Positions 59,364-63,862 of a DNA stretch of 63,862 bases are shown here, piece after piece. The position numbers were made by a program, and so were the translations under genes. Under the pieces are notes generated by a model. The model saw only the letters and a list, made by a program, of their open reading frames with translations. It had not been told where the DNA came from and ran no database searches. The DNA comes from Eledone cirrhosa (Eukaryota), in assembly GCA_964016885.1 (NCBI GenBank), contig OZ024740.1:211420139-211484000 (forward strand), written 5' to 3'. Numbering within the stretch: position 1 is the first letter of the stretch; the number at the start of each line of letters is the position of its first letter.

Positions 59364-59714
59364 ATTATTTATGAGATTATATCAGAGCAAATGTTAAAAA
59401 CAAAAAACTATTTAGACAGTTGTTTTTCTTTCTTTCCATCTCCCATATTTCAGAATAAATGATGAAATATGTGAGATTAAGGAATGAGAGATGAAAACAG
59501 CAGGGTGGGGGGCAGATTATAATTGAGGTGAACAGATTAAATTCTTTAAGACACTTTAAACCGATTAGAAAAAAATTAACACATCATCATCACCATTTAA
59601 CGTCTATTTTTCCATGCTAGCATTGGTTAGACAAGTTATCTTGTTGTAAGCAATGTCAGGTCAGGTGACCATGTCTTGCTCATACGGAACCGATTTTGGC
59701 TTGGTTTCTAATTT

Positions 59715-61150
59715 GTTGTGACACCTACACGACCACTTTACAATGTGGGCTGGCTACTTGTTGTGACACCTACATAATCACTTTACAGTGTGGGCTGGGT
59801 ACATTTTGTTGTGACACCTACATGACCACTTTACAGTGTGGCTGGGTACTTTTTGTTGTGACACCTACACGACCACTTTACAGTGTGGGCTGGGTACTTT
59901 TTGTCGTGACACCTACATAATCACTTTACAGTGTGGGCTGGGTACATTTTGTTGTGACACCTACACGACCACTTTACAGTGTGGGCTGGGTACATTTTGT
60001 TGTGACACCTACATGACCACTTTACAGTGTGGCTGGGTACTTTTTGTTGTGACACCTACACGACCACTTTACAGTGTGGGCTGGGTACTTTTTGTTGTGA
60101 CACCTACATAATCACTTTACAGTGTGGGCTGGGTACATTTTGTTGTGACACCTACACGACCACTTTACAGTGTGGGCTGGGTACATTTTGTTGTGACACC
60201 TACATGACCACTTTACAGTGTGGCTGGGTACTTTTTGTTGTGACACCTACACGACCACTTTACAGTGTGGGCTGGGTACTTTTTGTTGTGACACCTACAC
60301 GACCACTTTACAGTGTGGACTGTGTACTTTTTGTTGTGACACCTAAACGACCACTTTACAGTGTGGGCTGGGTACTTTTTGTTGTGACACCTACATGACC
60401 ACTTTACAGTGTGGGCTGGGTACTTTTTGTTGTGACACCTACACGACCACTTTACAGTGTGGGCTGGGTACTTTTTGTTGTGACACCTAAACGACCACTT
60501 TACAGTGTGGGCTGGGCACTTTTTGTTGTGACACCTACATGACCACTTTACAGTGTGGGCTGGGCACTTTTTGTTGTGACACCTAAACGACCACTTTACA
60601 GTGTGGGCTGGGTACTTTTTGTTGTGACACCTACATGACCACTTTACAGTGTGGGCTGGGCACTTTTTGTTGTGACACCTACATGACCACTTTACAGTGT
60701 GGGCTGGGTACTTTTTGTTGTGACACCTAAACGACCACTTTACAGTGTGGGCTGGGTACTTTTTGTTGTGACACCTACATGACCACTTTACAGTGTGGGC
60801 TGGGCACTTTTTGTTGTGACACCTAAACGACCACTTTACAGTGTGGGCTGGGTACTTTTTGTTGTGACACCTACATGACCACTTTACAGTGTGGGCTGGG
60901 TACTTTTTGTTGTGACACCTACACGACCACTTTACAGTGTGGGCTGGGTACTTTTTGTTGTGACACCTAAACGACCACTTTACAGTGTGGGCTGGGTACT
61001 TTTTGTTGTGACACCTACATGACCACTTTACAGTGTGGACTGTGTACTTTTTGTTGTGACACCTAAACGACCACTTTACAGTGTGGGCTGGGTACTTTTT
61101 GTTGTGACACCTACACGACCACTTTACAGTGTGGGCTGGGTATTTTTTGT
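59715..61150. repeat. ~48-bp minisatellite (~30 copies) inside an RTE-type 3' UTR
   Basis: Unit TTGTTGTGACACCTACACGACCACTTTACAGTGTGGGCTGGGTACTTT; flanks match 23415-23600 and 44340-44515. Confidence 0.92.
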
Positions 61151-61469
61151 CGTGTTGCCATCACGACTACATTACAGTGCAGACTGGGGGTGTTTGGTAG
61201 GAAGAGTGTGTGGGGATTAGTATATAGGCGTGTGTGAGGGGTGGAGTGTTAACACTTGGGAGGTGTGTGTAAGGGGGGAATGAAGGTGAAGGTAGTGCAT
61301 ACCAGATGTATGCTTCAGCCTGTGCCCATGGAGGGGTGGGTGGAGGTGAATACTATATGTATGCTTCAGCTTGTACTCGTGGGAAGGAGGATTTTATGTA
61401 ATAGTGCATGACACCAGAGATCCCTGTCCTGTGTCATCACCTCTGAAAGGTGAAATTGTGCAATAGAAA

Positions 61470-61715
61470 TCTTCTTCTTCTTCTTCTTCTTCTTCTTCTT
61501 CTTCTTCTCCTCCTCCTCCTCCTCCTCCTCCTCCTTCTTCTGTGCCCTCTTATTCTTGAGAGGTCGTGGACGTAGAGTCCTCAAACACTCCTTCCAGTGG
61601 GGCCTATCAGAAGCAGCCGTCTCCAACTGATCCAGCTGGATCCCCAAAGCGAGACCAGCCAAGCTCATGGATGTTATCCAGCCATCTTGCTTGGGGTCTA
61701 CCCCTGGGTCTCCTT
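61470..61715 (-). mobile_element. RTE 3' end with (GAG/GAA)n tail
   Basis: RRPRGRP..RWLDNIHELGW..ASDRPHWKECLRTLRPRP. Confidence 0.75.
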
Positions 61716-61819
61716 CTGACATAACAGTCATCAAATATTTTGTAGTTGAATATACACGTTGTGCTAGTTTAATTCTGCGTTTCTCAACCTTTTCATCCTA
61801 TTGGCTCATTTTAGGGGCT

Positions 61820-62020
61820 AACAAATTATCAACTAACTACTTTTTACAGCCTGTGGCATTTGAGACATTTGGTGGGGCTGGGCCACAAACAGCAAAGTTT
61901 TTGTCATTGTTAGCTGCTCACCTTACTGAGGTGTCAGTTGATGCCCTTAGTGAGGGTGCTTGGTTGTTTCAGTGCCTTAGCCTCGCCATAACCCACAGTA
62001 ATGCTGTGAGCATGTCGGAT
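61820..62020 (+). mobile_element. Restriction-like-endonuclease LINE (CRE-like) C-terminal fragment
   Basis: PVAFETFGGAG..A.FL...E..WLFQCLSLAITHSNA resembles the P.A.ET.G..QRLS.A.QRGNA terminus. Confidence 0.65.
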
Positions 62021-62294
62021 TGACTCAAGAATTTCTGATGACCCTTATGATGTGTGATAGATTGATGCACTTGGTGTTGAATTGATGGGGTATTTTTGTT
62101 TTGTTTTGCTTTTTTTCTCTCACTTTGATTATATTTATAAGGTTCCAGCAATAATTAAGAGAAACCAGAACCAGATTCTGGATCCAATTGCAAGACTTGT
62201 TAAGATTAAAGGAATAAGATATGGAATTGAACTGCAAACTGACTTCTTACATTTCCAAGATCTGTTAAAGGGATTGGTATATCTGTAGAACCCC

Positions 62295-62420
62295 TCCACC
62301 TAATCTAAGCCCCAACCCCAACACAAACCCCAATCCCAACCTAACCTTAAACCTAACCCCAACCACAGCCCTAACCCTAACACCAGCTCTAGCCCTAACC
62401 TTAAACCTAACCCCAACATT
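62295..62420 (-). repeat. Degenerate telomere-like (CCCTAA)n tract
   Basis: CCTAACCTTAAACCTAACCCC..CCCTAACCCTAA. Confidence 0.6.
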
Positions 62421-62512
62421 AATCCTGACTTGGGGGCGGGGAGAGTAAAAAGTCCGAGGGTCTCCCCTCTGTTTTCTGAGGAAAAAAGTCCTTTGGTTTA
62501 ATGTTGTCAGTG

Positions 62513-62835
62513 ATGGCACATGGCTTTGTGGTTAGGGTATTTGGTTAACAATTGTAAGTTCTTGAGTTCAATTCCCGGCGGCATATTGTGTCCTTGAGCA
62601 AGGCACTTTATTTCCTGTTGCTCCAGTTCACTCAGCTGGCAAAAATGAGTTATAGCTGTAATTCAAAGGGCCAGCCTTGTCACATTCTGTGTCATGCTGA
62701 ATCTCCCTGAGAACTATGTTAAGGGTGCACATGTCTGTGGAATGTCAGCCACTTGCACGTTAATTTTATGAGCAGGCTGTTCTGTTGATCGGATCAACTG
62801 GAACACTCATCGTCATAACTGATGGAGTGCCAGTA
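62513..62835 (+). mobile_element. tRNA-derived SINE family B
   Basis: Matches 23995-24300. Confidence 0.8.
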
Positions 62836-62974
62836 ATTTTAATGGTTTTAATATAAATATCCTTTCCTACAAAGGTATTAGTGGTGGGAATAATAGAGAT
62901 GGACCAATATATTACTGTGAAAATTGGAAAAGTTAGTTTTGTATATTGTCATTGATGTCACTATCTGATCAAAT

Positions 62975-63570
62975 CTAAGGTGGTAGATTGACAGTAATCA
63001 GTAGAGCTTCGGACAACATGCTTTGTGGCATATAGTTACGTCCCTTTATGTTCTGAGTTCAATCTCACCAAGTTTAGCTTTGTCTTTCATTCTTACCAGC
63101 TTGATAAAATAAAGTACCAGTAACGCACTGGGATCGATTTAATCGGCTTTCCCCTCCCCTTTAAATTGGTGGCCTTGTGCCTAAAGTAGAAACAATTATT
63201 ATTATCATTACTATTATTAGGCTGGGGGATTAGATGAATAATTAGAGCATCAGACAAATTGGTTTGTGGCATTTTGTTATGGCCCTTTAAATTCTGAGTT
63301 CAAATCCCGCCGAGGTCAACTTTGCCTTTCATCTTTCCTGGGTCAATAAGATAAAGTACCAGTCATGCACTGTGGTCAATATAATTGACACCCACCATTC
63401 TGTACATAGTACTGGTTTATATATTTCTACTGGACAACCAGTAATGCATTGGGGTCGATTTAATCACCCCCCCCCCCCCCCCACACACACACACCACCAC
63501 CCCACCCCCACCACCACCAAACAAACAAAAATTGTTGGCCTGGTGCCTAAATCAGAAACCATTATTAAGA
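62975..63570 (+). mobile_element. Tandem SINE family A copies
   Basis: Two to three cores; resembles the reverse complement of the 52680-53300 arrangement. Confidence 0.75.
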
Positions 63571-63862
63571 TCTTTGAGTTATGGGGACTCAGTTAACTTC
63601 AAAAGTAACCTATTTCTACACTTCTCTGATGTAATTAATCTGAGGAAATCATCTCTTAATAACCTTTCTTAATGTAGCTTCCACACTACAATATTTGATT
63701 TGAGAAATTAAAAATATGTTATCTCATATACTGTCTTGTATGTTTTATTTGTGGTATGTAACATATTTCATACAATATATAATACTGTATATACAACCTA
63801 TCAAATACTTGCCATAAATTACTTGATGTTAATCATCAGAACTAATGAATTTACATTGCGGG

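Noticed and set aside
55634-59397. Repetitive YNTVIQYCYTILL ORFs
   Set aside because: Translation of the 13-bp satellite.
59715-61150. CRISPR-like regular array (also 21837-22745 and 25590-27056)
   Set aside because: No unique spacers and no cas genes; these are head-to-tail tandem repeats in eukaryotic DNA.
62295-62420. Telomere or chromosome-fusion scar
   Set aside because: Short, degenerate and single-orientation; more likely part of a dispersed repeat.

Overview
AT-rich eukaryotic DNA made almost entirely of repeats. The style of the (TA)n arrays and SINEs suggests a mollusc such as an octopus, but this is an inference. No host protein-coding gene can be supported, and most ORF-track entries are microsatellite translations. 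Recognisable content: a frameshifted autonomous-type Helitron (RepHel, minus strand, ~11.5-17.7 kb) with a duplicated 3' terminus, and a degraded Ty3/Gypsy LTR element with a CHCC-type gag (34950-40316, minus). There are also three Penelope-like (GIY-YIG) fragments, RTE, CR1-like and CRE-like LINE fragments, two tRNA-SINE families, a MITE, mariner-like ends and four large tandem arrays (85, 38, 13 and ~48 bp units). The most notable pattern is about 10 minimal type I hammerhead-ribozyme motifs (CTGANGA..GAAA..TH) in small, ORF-less elements bounded by (TA)n arrays. These occur as tandem repeats, inside terminal inverted repeats, or as fold-backs that turn around next to the ribozyme core. All RNA folds were read by eye and none was computed; boundaries are approximate.
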